Assembly: GCA_964520045.1 (NCBI GenBank)
Contig: CAZFMJ010000006.1
Coordinates: 1,390 to 65,389, forward strand
Length of the DNA: 64,000 bases
Direction of reading: 5' to 3'
Source: an uncultured Elusimicrobiales bacterium
Lineage (GTDB): Bacteria > Elusimicrobiota > Elusimicrobia > Elusimicrobiales > CAZFMJ01
In this document: positions 56,479 through 64,000 of the stretch, in pieces
Layout: every line of letters starts with the position of its first letter
Position numbering within the stretch: position 1 is the stretch's first letter
Made by a program: the position numbers and the translations under genes
The notes under the pieces: model-generated
The model's input: the letters and a program-made list of their open reading frames with translations, nothing else
Databases searched by the model: none
What the model was told of the DNA's origin: nothing

Positions 56479-56835
56479 CTATTTTCTCCTTCTTTTCCCA
56501 AAAGCTTTTGAGGCCGCCTTAACCATTGCTATAAATGCGTCGACTTCTTCAGGGTTCTTGTCCCGGACAAGCTGGATGAATTTGCGGCTGCCAGCATAAA
56601 TAAAATTTTTTTCGGGTTCAGATGCATCCCTGAATAAATCCGCTACCGAAATGCGCAGGGCATGCGCCAGTTTGTGTATTGTTTCCAGGCTCGCCTTTCT
56701 GCCTTTTGTTTCAATATATGCCAGAAAACTCGGGCTTATGCCGGCGGATTCTGATAGTTGTTCAATGGTCAGCCCTGCTTTTTTCCGTTCTTCCCTCACC
56801 CGTTCACCAACAAGTGTATAGATATCTTTTACCAT
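56479..56835 (-). CDS. XRE-family HTH transcriptional regulator
   Basis: VGERVREERKKAGLTIEQLSESAGISPSFLAYIETKGRKASL. Confidence 0.8.
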   Translation of the reverse strand: MVKDIYTLVGERVREERKKAGLTIEQLSESAGISPSFLAYIETKGRKASLETIHKLAHALRISVADLFRDASEPEKNFIYAGSRKFIQLVRDKNPEEVDAFIAMVKAASKAFGKRRRK

Positions 56836-56904
56836 TGATACCTCCAGACTTAATTATACAGGCAGGAGTAGTGAATTTACATAATATACTAGAGGAATAA
56901 CATA

Positions 56905-56932
56905 TTGACTTGTAGTGGGTATTTTTTATAAT
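56905..56932 (+). promoter_or_regulatory. near-consensus sigma70 promoter TTGACT-N16-TATAAT upstream of the response regulator gene
   Basis: TTGACT at 56905-56910 and TATAAT at 56927-56932, about 87 nt upstream of ATG 57019. Confidence 0.5.
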
Positions 56933-57018
56933 TTAAGATAAGACTTTAACCGGTGCGCTATGGAACGACAGGGCATGGTTTTGTGGCATATGCCTCTGCA
57001 CATTGGAAGCCAAGTTTA

Positions 57019-57414
57019 ATGAAAATACTTATTGCGGATGATGACGGCGCTGTGAGGAAAATGATTTTGAAAATTTTGGTATCCGCAGGATATCAAGGGG
57101 ATGAAGCTTCTGATGCAGAAAAACTCCTTCAATTATGGAAAGAACATCGCCATATGCTTATTATAAGCGACATTGAAATGCCTGGAAAAAACGGAATACA
57201 AGTTTGTCTGGAAATTAAAAAATCCGCGCCGGACATGCGCTTTATCCTGATGAGCGGGTCTCCTGAACTTTTGGACAAAGCCATGGCCGCTGGTTTTATA
57301 CATTTGCTTGGCAAACCATTTACCATTTCCGAATTTATGGAAAAGCTGGATGAAGCGGCAGTCGGTTTCCGTGAGAAACGGAACTTTTCCAGCGCGGATA
57401 ATAGAAGTCTATAA
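57019..57414 (+). CDS. single-domain CheY-like response regulator
   Basis: MKILIADDDGAVRKMI, LIISDIEMPGKNG (phospho-Asp), ILMSG, GKPF. Confidence 0.85.
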   Translation: MKILIADDDGAVRKMILKILVSAGYQGDEASDAEKLLQLWKEHRHMLIISDIEMPGKNGIQVCLEIKKSAPDMRFILMSGSPELLDKAMAAGFIHLLGKPFTISEFMEKLDEAAVGFREKRNFSSADNRSL

Positions 57415-57616
57415 TCGGAAATCCACTACCTTTTTACTGTGACAGCGCGAGAGATTGAGGTGAGGGATGCCGCCGTTGTAAGCTTGCCCCTGCCCGGACG
57501 TATGGCAGGAGGGCTCCGATGTCGTAGCAGTCAGTTGGATGCTTATCTTGAGGATATACGGCTTCTGTATGCTGCCCACGAAGATAAAAGGAAGGGCAGG
57601 GCAAATCTGTGCGGTT

Positions 57617-58294
57617 TTAAAAGAAATTCTGATCTATTCTGCAGACGACTCCGCTTTCTTTAACTCCGTCCGCGCGCGTATAAGTCCCGTTCCCGCAGAA
57701 AATCTCTATTGATCTGTTGTCCGCCTTGTCCCGCGCTATGGCGCCGGTTATCCGCAGTTTTCCTCCGGGGGGCAGAATGCTTAAAAATTTCCCCGCTTCT
57801 TTTCCATAGAATTCGATCGTCCGGAAGACATTTGTATGAGGCGCAAAGTCAATTTTGGATATTACCGGATCGGTCAGCCTTGTCTTGGGCTCCCATGGAA
57901 AAAGATCGCCGGTGCCGGGGTTTCCGGGCTCGTAGTTTTTGCGGACTGCGATCGCGCAGAGCGGGTCGAATTCTATCCACTTTTTTTGCTGAACATTATA
58001 TGTAGCGTCTATACACTGCATGCCTATGTTGTAATCCCGGCTGACTATCAAAAGCATGCGGTCGTGCTGTCCGGCTTCAGGCAAGCCGGGTCTTTTTATG
58101 GAAGGAAGCGTTTCCATAAAGGGTCTGAGCGTTTTGCCTTCGAAATACGTTTCCTGTGTGTCGGCGGCCGTCACGGGATTTATTCCGGACACTTCTATGG
58201 CTGCTCTCCCTGTGCCAGCGGCATATGTGACGTCTGCTCCGGATGCAAGGACGGTTATAACCAATACAGTGCCTGCTGTTTTAGCGAGTTTCAT
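57617..58294 (-). CDS. hypothetical secreted protein
   Basis: Signal peptide MKLAKTAGTVLVITVLASGADVTYA. No domain recognised. Confidence 0.5.
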   Translation of the reverse strand: MKLAKTAGTVLVITVLASGADVTYAAGTGRAAIEVSGINPVTAADTQETYFEGKTLRPFMETLPSIKRPGLPEAGQHDRMLLIVSRDYNIGMQCIDATYNVQQKKWIEFDPLCAIAVRKNYEPGNPGTGDLFPWEPKTRLTDPVISKIDFAPHTNVFRTIEFYGKEAGKFLSILPPGGKLRITGAIARDKADNRSIEIFCGNGTYTRADGVKESGVVCRIDQNFF

Positions 58295-58320
58295 TTTGTT
58301 TCCTAGGGCTAATAAAAGAA

Positions 58321-58548
58321 ATGGGCAGTATAAGATTTGCCAGCGAACGCGGGTCCCAGCGGCCGTGTGCTGGGAAACCTATGACCTATAAAAGAAATGG
58401 GCAGTATAGGATTTGCCAGCGAATGCGGGTCCCCGCTGCCGTGTGCTGGGAAACCTATGACCTATAAAAGAAATGGGCAGTATAGGATTTGCCAGCGAAT
58501 GCGGGTCCCCGCTGCCGTGTGCTGGGAAACCTATGACCTATAAAAGAA
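58321..58548 (-). repeat. three tandem 76-bp units derived from the tRNA-Val 3' part (T-arm plus acceptor 3' strand), each with a 36-nt insert in the T-loop
   Basis: Period 76 (atgggcag at 58321, 58397, 58473, and 58549 in the tRNA itself). Units 2 and 3 look identical; unit 1 has 4 substitutions. Confidence 0.9.
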
Positions 58549-58549
58549 A

Positions 58550-58621
58550 TGGGCAGTATAGGATTTGAACCTATGACCCTTCGCGTGTGAGGCGAATGCT
58601 CTTCCGCTGAGCTAACTGCCC
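58550..58621 (-). tRNA. tRNA-Val (anticodon CAC)
   Basis: Reverse complement reads GGGCAGT TAGCTCAGCGGAAGAGC ATTCGC-CTCACAC-GCGAA GGGTC ATAGGTTCAAATCCTAT ACTGCCC A, a full cloverleaf. Confidence 0.85.
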
Positions 58622-58642
58622 CTTCTACCGTCCTAGATTCTA

Positions 58643-58915
58643 TCATATTTGAGCCGGCGTATGCGCAGGTGGTGCAATCAGTGGTGCAATTCCGGCATTA
58701 TCCGGGCCAAGGGAACCCGACATTGCTTCTGCCAGCGCTTCCATTTTTTCAGCCAGATGTTTATCGCTTAAATGAGAGTATCTCAAAGTCATCTGCAGGC
58801 TTGCGTGACCGGTATGTGGTGAGTTTTTCTCCCTATGTGTCCTCTCGTCGGTGGTTTCCAACTCTTGCAGAGCCTTTTCATGGCACTCGTCACATAATAA
58901 AACATCTCGACACAT
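58643..58915 (-). pseudogene. remnant ORF carrying only the extreme C-terminal motif of a tyrosine recombinase
   Basis: GHASLQMTLRYSHL (the LGHxSxxxTxxYxH block with catalytic Tyr), but no upstream R/HxxR boxes. About 90 codons. Confidence 0.6.
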
Positions 58916-58968
58916 AACAGTTCGACGAGCTTTCCATTCCCCACGGCAGCTTCCCGGCAGTTTCCCGT

Positions 58969-59991
58969 CTACAACTCCTGCAGCCAGTCCAGGATTTCCT
59001 TGGAAGACTCCGGCTTCTGCGGCTGCAAGGAACTCTCCACATAACTTGGCGGCCCGAACTGCTCCATGATGCGGCGCTTGTGGTTCAAATCGGTGTCGAG
59101 GTAGCGACTTGTGGAACTGATTGACGCGTGGCCCAGCCATGATTTTATAACGTTGGGGTCCACGCGCGATTCGAACAGATGAACTGCCGTGGTATGGCGC
59201 AAACTGTGAGTGGAAAGGCGTTTACCGACGAGGCTTGGGCATACGCGGGTGGCGAGCCGGAGGTATCTTTTAACAATGGTGCGTATCCCGAAGCGGGTGA
59301 AGGCGCCGCCGCGCTGGTTGACGAAGAATCGGCCGGAGGTGGCGAGTACGCCTTTACGGCGGTGGTCGTCGCGGTAGAGCTTGAGCAGTCTGACCGTAGA
59401 AGGCCACAGCGGCGTGAGCCTCTGTCGTTGCCCCTTGCCTATAATAGAAACGGTTCTATTGGCGAAATCGAACCAGCCGTCACGCGCATCAGCGGCCTCA
59501 TGGGCGCGCGCGCCGGTGTTGTAGAGAAAAGTCAGGATGGCCAGATCACGCATTCCGTCCGCCCTGGTTGTTTGCGGCTGTGCGAGCAATGCTTCCAGTT
59601 CCTTGCGGTCGAGCGACCCCGCCGCTTTGGGATGGACACGTTTGGCCGGAATGGCGAAGATGCGCTGGGCCTGCCGCTCGATGGCCGGGACATGGAGGGA
59701 GAGATACTTGAAGAAGCACTGGATTGCGGCCAGGCGCAGATTCCGGCTCTGTGCGCAGTTGCCCCGGCCGCCGACAGGGTCCTCCAGGTGGCGCAGGAAG
59801 GCGAGAATGGTCTTTGCGTCGAGATCTTGTACGGACAAGGGCTTCGCGCTTCGTCTTTTGGAGCCGAGATAGGCGAGCAGGAGCTTGAATGTGTCGCGGT
59901 AGCTCTTGATCGTATTTGGGCTGACCGACCTCTGGTCCCGAAGATAAACGTGGAAGAAGTCCCGTAACCGATGGTCGAGATGGGTGTTCAT
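58969..59991 (-). CDS. tyrosine recombinase (phage-integrase family)
   Basis: TGARAHEAA (Arg), HSLRHTTAVHL (HxxR), LGHASISSTSRYL (Tyr). The N-terminal SAM-like domain includes SPNTIKSYRDTF. Confidence 0.9.
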   Translation of the reverse strand: MNTHLDHRLRDFFHVYLRDQRSVSPNTIKSYRDTFKLLLAYLGSKRRSAKPLSVQDLDAKTILAFLRHLEDPVGGRGNCAQSRNLRLAAIQCFFKYLSLHVPAIERQAQRIFAIPAKRVHPKAAGSLDRKELEALLAQPQTTRADGMRDLAILTFLYNTGARAHEAADARDGWFDFANRTVSIIGKGQRQRLTPLWPSTVRLLKLYRDDHRRKGVLATSGRFFVNQRGGAFTRFGIRTIVKRYLRLATRVCPSLVGKRLSTHSLRHTTAVHLFESRVDPNVIKSWLGHASISSTSRYLDTDLNHKRRIMEQFGPPSYVESSLQPQKPESSKEILDWLQEL

Positions 59992-60788
59992 GGTTTACTG
60001 ATGGCGCGTTTAAGCGCCTTATCAGCGACAGCCTCAAAGCCGCTCTGGAAGCGCCGATCTCCTTCCCGTAGCAAGGCCTGTGTGATGGTGAGGTAGACCT
60101 GTGTGTTTTCGATATTGACATGGCCCATGTAGGTGGACAGGAGCGGAAGCTTGTTGAGAATGTCGTGGCCCTCCTGGTACCACTTATAGAGCCGGTGGAC
60201 GGCGAAGGTATGGCGCAGGTCGTGCAGTCGCGGCCTGCCGCGACCAGACTTAGCCATGCCGCAGTGCGCCAGAAGGAGTTGAAAGCGTTGGTAGATGCCG
60301 GACTTGCTGTATTTTCCTCCGGGATTGCGGAAGAAAGGTTCCTGCGGCTTAGCGGATGAATAGGATTTCTTGCGACGCGATAGATATGCGCGTAGTTTTT
60401 GCGCGATAGCGGGCGAGAACGGGACCAAACGCTCCTTATGGAATTTTGTCCGCCAAAGCGAGAGGGTCCCCTGCTCGAAATCTACGTCCTCTATTTTGAG
60501 ATTGATAGCTTCGCTGAGCCTGAGACTGCAGGCATAGAGGAGCAAAACGAGAGTTTCCATTGTCCAGCCCGTGAGGCGGTTGGGGTAGCGACGCTGGAGA
60601 GCGTGGGACGCCTCGATTATCCGATGGATCTCCTGGAGCGTGTAGATGTGAGGTTTGTAGGTCTTCTGCCGCAGGTACGGGATGCGCTGGGCCGGGTTGT
60701 CTGGAAGCTCGCCCATGCGCACAAGATAGTTGAGGAAGCCTCTGGCGAAACGGAGATTGGCGTTCTTAGTCTGCCGGAACGCCCGCAC
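59988..60788 (-). CDS. tyrosine recombinase (phage-integrase family), N-terminus possibly frameshifted
   Basis: LRLSEAINL, HDLRHTFAVH, MGHVNIENTQVYL. ATGA overlap with the downstream recombinase. An out-of-frame MSIDKQIRKYLA start at 60868 could be the original N-terminus. Confidence 0.8.
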   Translation of the reverse strand: MRAFRQTKNANLRFARGFLNYLVRMGELPDNPAQRIPYLRQKTYKPHIYTLQEIHRIIEASHALQRRYPNRLTGWTMETLVLLLYACSLRLSEAINLKIEDVDFEQGTLSLWRTKFHKERLVPFSPAIAQKLRAYLSRRKKSYSSAKPQEPFFRNPGGKYSKSGIYQRFQLLLAHCGMAKSGRGRPRLHDLRHTFAVHRLYKWYQEGHDILNKLPLLSTYMGHVNIENTQVYLTITQALLREGDRRFQSGFEAVADKALKRAISKP

Positions 60789-61004
60789 AATTGGCAGCAG
60801 GCAGGCTTTAGGAGGCGGCTATCCTGCGCGCAAGCGAGGTATTTGCGTATCTGTTTGTCTATGGACATGGATAGCAATCACCATTTGAGCCAGAGTTCGC
60901 TGCTTCGTTATCATGTCCTTTGGGACAGACTTGGCCTTCCAGTGCTGAACGCTGAAGTTTTTATCCTCTTCCGCTTCAGAACTTTAGTATAACAGCCATC
61001 GGCT

Positions 61005-62069
61005 TCATTTCCAGCCGGCAGTTCCGCATTTATTATCAAGAATCTTCTGCACGTTTTTACTGGTGGTCTCGGTTTCTTCAAACACTTCTTCCACAATTTC
61101 CTTAAGTCGCAGTGGGTCCTTTACGCCTCGGCGAAGCAAAAGCTTCACTTTTTCAATCCCAAATTTTTCATACCAGTATCGCATCACGATCTGAGCCAGA
61201 CCGTACACATTTTCTTCTCTAAGATGCGCCTGAAAAAAATTACTTCCGTTCAGATAGTAGGGGATCCCAGTCTTAAGCAGAACTCTAATCTTTTCGCACT
61301 TTTCACCGTCTGGAACAAGATCACTGGAACCAAAAGCAGTGGCGAGGCCCTCGTCTATAAAAGGCCCGACGTAGCCAATTTCAAGGGCGAATACATGCGC
61401 AAGTTCATGAGTATGTTCCAGACAATTAACGGCTTTTATCATCCGATAGCGGGCGTTCCCGGCACCCTTGTCTGTTTCACCTATCACGCGTGCTGCAATC
61501 TCAGCATTGTCCGGGGACGAGTAATAATCCAGCTCCGGCATGGAATAACCGAATATTTTTTCAAGCTCGTTGGATTTTTCCACGAGCACCGATGCTTTCC
61601 GCATCTCTTCTGCGGTTAAAGGCACGGTGGTGTGAAAGCGTATGTTCCCAATCTTTTCCGACACCCATCCGGCCGTTAATTTTTCCAGAACCCGCCTCTC
61701 GTCCAAAGTCAGTCTCCACCTGCCGGAGGCCTCGTCTTTTTTTACCGCCAGCCATGGTCTGAATCTCCCGAGAGAGAAAACTATCCTACCCAGGTCTTTT
61801 ACAAACAACTCCACCCTTTCCACCTTAAAATCGTTCACCACGCCGGAACCTGGCGGCACGGTATTGAGGAAAAAAGCATAATATCTTTCCTCAACCATGC
61901 TCTTCAACCCTTCCGTTCCGGAAGTTTTGTACTCTTCCCAGAATCCCGCTATCTCAGATTCACGATGTTTATCCATAGATACACATCCTCCCAAAAAGCA
62001 CAACCCTGCAACAGCAAGGACGGAGGCAATTTGACCTTTTAGAGTTTGTGCCATTTTCGCTAAATGCAT
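61005..62069 (-). CDS. lipoprotein with HEXXH motif (putative metallopeptidase)
   Basis: Lipobox CFLGGC; THELAHVF. Confidence 0.5.
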   Translation of the reverse strand: MHLAKMAQTLKGQIASVLAVAGLCFLGGCVSMDKHRESEIAGFWEEYKTSGTEGLKSMVEERYYAFFLNTVPPGSGVVNDFKVERVELFVKDLGRIVFSLGRFRPWLAVKKDEASGRWRLTLDERRVLEKLTAGWVSEKIGNIRFHTTVPLTAEEMRKASVLVEKSNELEKIFGYSMPELDYYSSPDNAEIAARVIGETDKGAGNARYRMIKAVNCLEHTHELAHVFALEIGYVGPFIDEGLATAFGSSDLVPDGEKCEKIRVLLKTGIPYYLNGSNFFQAHLREENVYGLAQIVMRYWYEKFGIEKVKLLLRRGVKDPLRLKEIVEEVFEETETTSKNVQKILDNKCGTAGWK

Positions 62070-62155
62070 TTTCGAGCCTTTCTTAGTTTACAATTTTTAT
62101 GCGCGAAAAGGAGATGTGTCTAAAAAAATTGCCCGACGGTATGAAGACGTAATTT

Positions 62156-62644
62156 TTAAAAGAGAGAAGAATTTTCGGCGCGTGGGTGAGCGCTTCGGTA
62201 GACCTTAATGATGTGCTGGGGACTCACATGTAGGTAAATGGCTGTCGTCGAGAGGTGGCGATGGCCAAGCATTTCTTGCAGGGATCGCAGGTCCGCCCCA
62301 TGTTGAAGCATGTGGCTGGCGAAGCAATGCCGAAGAAGATGCGGGTGGACGGACTTATTCAGGCCGGCGCTCTTTGCGTAAAGCTTTACGCGATGCCAAA
62401 AGGAACTCCGATTTAAGGGACGACCCTGGCGGGTCAGAAACAGAACCCGCTCCGTCCCATTAGGAAACCTCTTGACCCTTTCCTCCATGTAGCGGACAAT
62501 GGCTTCCTGCGCTTTCTGGCCGATGGGTACAAGCCTTGTCCGGCCTCCCTTGCCGTGGATGCGGGCATATCCTTCCGCAAAATGGATTTGGTTTTCCTGA
62601 AGATTAAGAATGGGAAGGGGGACGTAGCTTTGATTCTTGAATAT
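62156..62644 (-). pseudogene. 5'-truncated XerD-like tyrosine recombinase (catalytic domain only)
   Basis: The stop-free frame reads ...HGKGGRTRLVPIGQKAQEAIVRYMEER...HPHLLRHCFASHML..GADLRSLQEMLGHRHLSTTAIYLHV. The roughly 130 N-terminal residues I would expect are absent, with a stop at 62645-62647. Confidence 0.75.
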
Positions 62645-62649
62645 TTAAA

Positions 62650-62841
62650 ACTGCCTTCAGCGGATTAAAAGATTTTAGCAGGCCAAGGAAAACAACTAAA
62701 AATAAGCTGCCACGTGGTTTCTTTGCCGACCGTTGCATAACGCTGAAACCAATTCGATGAATGGAACCCGGTAAGCCGTGTGCGGGAAAACCGCCTGCAC
62801 GGTTTGACGAGGGGAGGAGGCTTAGCCTTCTTCTACTCTAC
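62650..62841 (+). mobile_element. orphan 3' end of a group II intron (domain V 62773-62805, domain VI with bulged A at 62835, 3' end ..CTAC at 62841)
   Basis: AAGCCGTGTGCGGGAAAACCGCCTGCACGGTTT folds like consensus DV: AGC triad, 9-bp lower helix, 2-nt bulge, 4-bp upper helix. The following hairpin has a bulged A 6 nt before an AC terminus. No RT ORF or 5' domains are present. Confidence 0.65.
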
Positions 62842-62856
62842 TAGTTCAGGGTAGAT

Positions 62857-64000
62857 TTATCGTATTCCCAAGACCACAGGCAGGTTGACTATAAATTCCT
62901 CAAACGGCCGGACCTCAATGCCGTTATGATACTCCTTGCTGTCCACTCCGCATGCCAGAAAACATTTTGCCTGCGGATAGTCCGCCTTAAACAATTTTAA
63001 GCCGGTCATTAGATCATTTTTTACGCGATGAGACCGCTTAACTTCAATGGCGATAAAAGTGTTTTTTCCGTAAATCACAAAATCCACCTCAGCGCCTAAA
63101 GATGTTTTCCAGTAATAAATGGTCAGATCCAGGCCGAAGTAATCGTTGAGCGCGGTAATTTCCTGTAAAAGCAGCGTTTCAAGCGCGGCGTCGTTTATTT
63201 CCTCAGGTGTGTCCAGCGGTCCCACCGGGCGCAGTGTGCGGTATATGCCGGCGTCAAAAAAGAAAAACTTATCTCCGGTTACAAGCCGTCTTTTGGCGCG
63301 CCGCGTAAAAGGCGGAATTCTGGCGCCGACCAAAAGATCTTCGGTGATCTGAAAATATCCCTCAACGGTCTTTCTGTCGATCCCAACTTCGCGGGCAATT
63401 TCCGTTGAGTTGACCGCGCCCGCCTGTGAAAAGCTGGCGACTTCCAAAAATCTTGAAAACGAAGCGATTGACCGCGTAATTCCTTCCTGCAAAACTTCTT
63501 CCCGCAGATAGGTTTTAATATAGGACGACAGATAGGCGTCTTTGTCTTTGGCCTTAAATATATAAGGTAGGTGCCCGAATTTCAGCGATTGTTTTAAGTT
63601 GAAGTCTCTTCCAAGCTCCATCACGGTAAGCGGGTGAAAATGATAGGTTAATGCTCTTCCCGCAAGCAGATTAACGCCTTTTCTTCTTAGCGTGCGCGCG
63701 CTTGAGCCTGTAAGCACGAAAGAAATACCCTTTTCTTCAATAAGCCTGTGAACTTCGTTAAGCAGGGCGGGAATGCGCTGGATTTCATCAATAACAACTC
63801 TGCCGGTATGATCGGGAGGAATAAAGCTTTCAAGCCGCTCGGGCGCGGCCAATAATTTTGTGTATGACTGTGACTTAAGCAGGTCGATAAAAACGGCTTT
63901 AGGGAACACTGTTTTAAGCCATGTGGTTTTGCCTGTGGCGCGCGGGCCGAAAAGAAAAAAACTCTGTTGGGAGTCCAGATATCGCTTTACAATTCGAGTA
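62857..64000 (-). CDS. AAA-family ATPase with DUF4143-like C-terminal domain (5' end runs off the window)
   Basis: Walker A FGPRATGKTT is encoded at about 63925-63955, upstream of the ORF-track start. VIDEIQRIP Walker B-like block. No start codon within the window. Confidence 0.75.
   Translation of the reverse strand, partial: TRIVKRYLDSQQSFFLFGPRATGKTTWLKTVFPKAVFIDLLKSQSYTKLLAAPERLESFIPPDHTGRVVIDEIQRIPALLNEVHRLIEEKGISFVLTGSSARTLRRKGVNLLAGRALTYHFHPLTVMELGRDFNLKQSLKFGHLPYIFKAKDKDAYLSSYIKTYLREEVLQEGITRSIASFSRFLEVASFSQAGAVNSTEIAREVGIDRKTVEGYFQITEDLLVGARIPPFTRRAKRRLVTGDKFFFFDAGIYRTLRPVGPLDTPEEINDAALETLLLQEITALNDYFGLDLTIYYWKTSLGAEVDFVIYGKNTFIAIEVKRSHRVKNDLMTGLKLFKADYPQAKCFLACGVDSKEYHNGIEVRPFEEFIVNLPVVLGIR

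Noticed and set aside
57439-57663. 74-aa plus-strand ORF between the response regulator and the secreted-protein gene
   Set aside because: It has no RBS, an Arg-rich composition, and overlaps the 3' end of the convergent gene at 57617-58294. It is probably not coding.
58455-58646. 63-aa ORF on the minus strand
   Set aside because: It overlaps tRNA-Val and the tRNA-derived tandem repeats, so it is not credible as coding.
1-64000. Alternative genetic code (TGA or TAG reassignment), as seen in some uncultivated lineages
   Set aside because: Conserved genes terminate at their expected C-termini on TGA (purH, cas5), TAG (pruA, cas4) and TAA (rplY, the MBL hydrolase). No conserved gene needs read-through, so the standard code 11 fits.

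Overview
Bacterial chromosomal window, probably from an uncultivated lineage; I cannot place it taxonomically from sequence alone. All calls come from reading the ORF translations and the DNA by eye; no searches were run.

Contents:
1. Housekeeping genes: M32 carboxypeptidase, P5C dehydrogenase, glmU, prs, rplY, pth, nadA and others.
2. A complete type I-C CRISPR-Cas locus: cas3-cas5-cas8c-cas7-cas4-[extra ORF]-cas1-cas2, followed by an 11-repeat array. The extra ORF between cas4 and cas1 is a YhcG/DUF1016 N-terminal-domain-only protein. The locus is preceded by an RHH/PIN toxin-antitoxin cassette that sits between two diverged copies of the cas3 5' end.
3. An 11-gene purine/guanine cluster on the minus strand: guaB-like, guaA, purC, purS, purL, purQ | purF, purD, purE, purM, fused purN-purH. 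A ~7 kb island of secreted peptidases (S8, HEXXH, C11, C1), a lytic transglycosylase and small secreted proteins splits it.
4. A tRNA-Val hotspot (58.3-64 kb) with three 76-bp tandem units built from the tRNA 3' part, an integrase remnant, two stop/start-overlapping tyrosine recombinases, a 5'-truncated xerD-like gene, an orphan group II intron 3' end (domains V/VI) and a partial AAA ATPase.
5. Several short-repeat families: heptamer-like 'stutter' repeats, GC-rich GNRA hairpins and a double-hairpin element. Copies lie in-frame inside purL and purS.

Two tRNAs were found and no rRNA.
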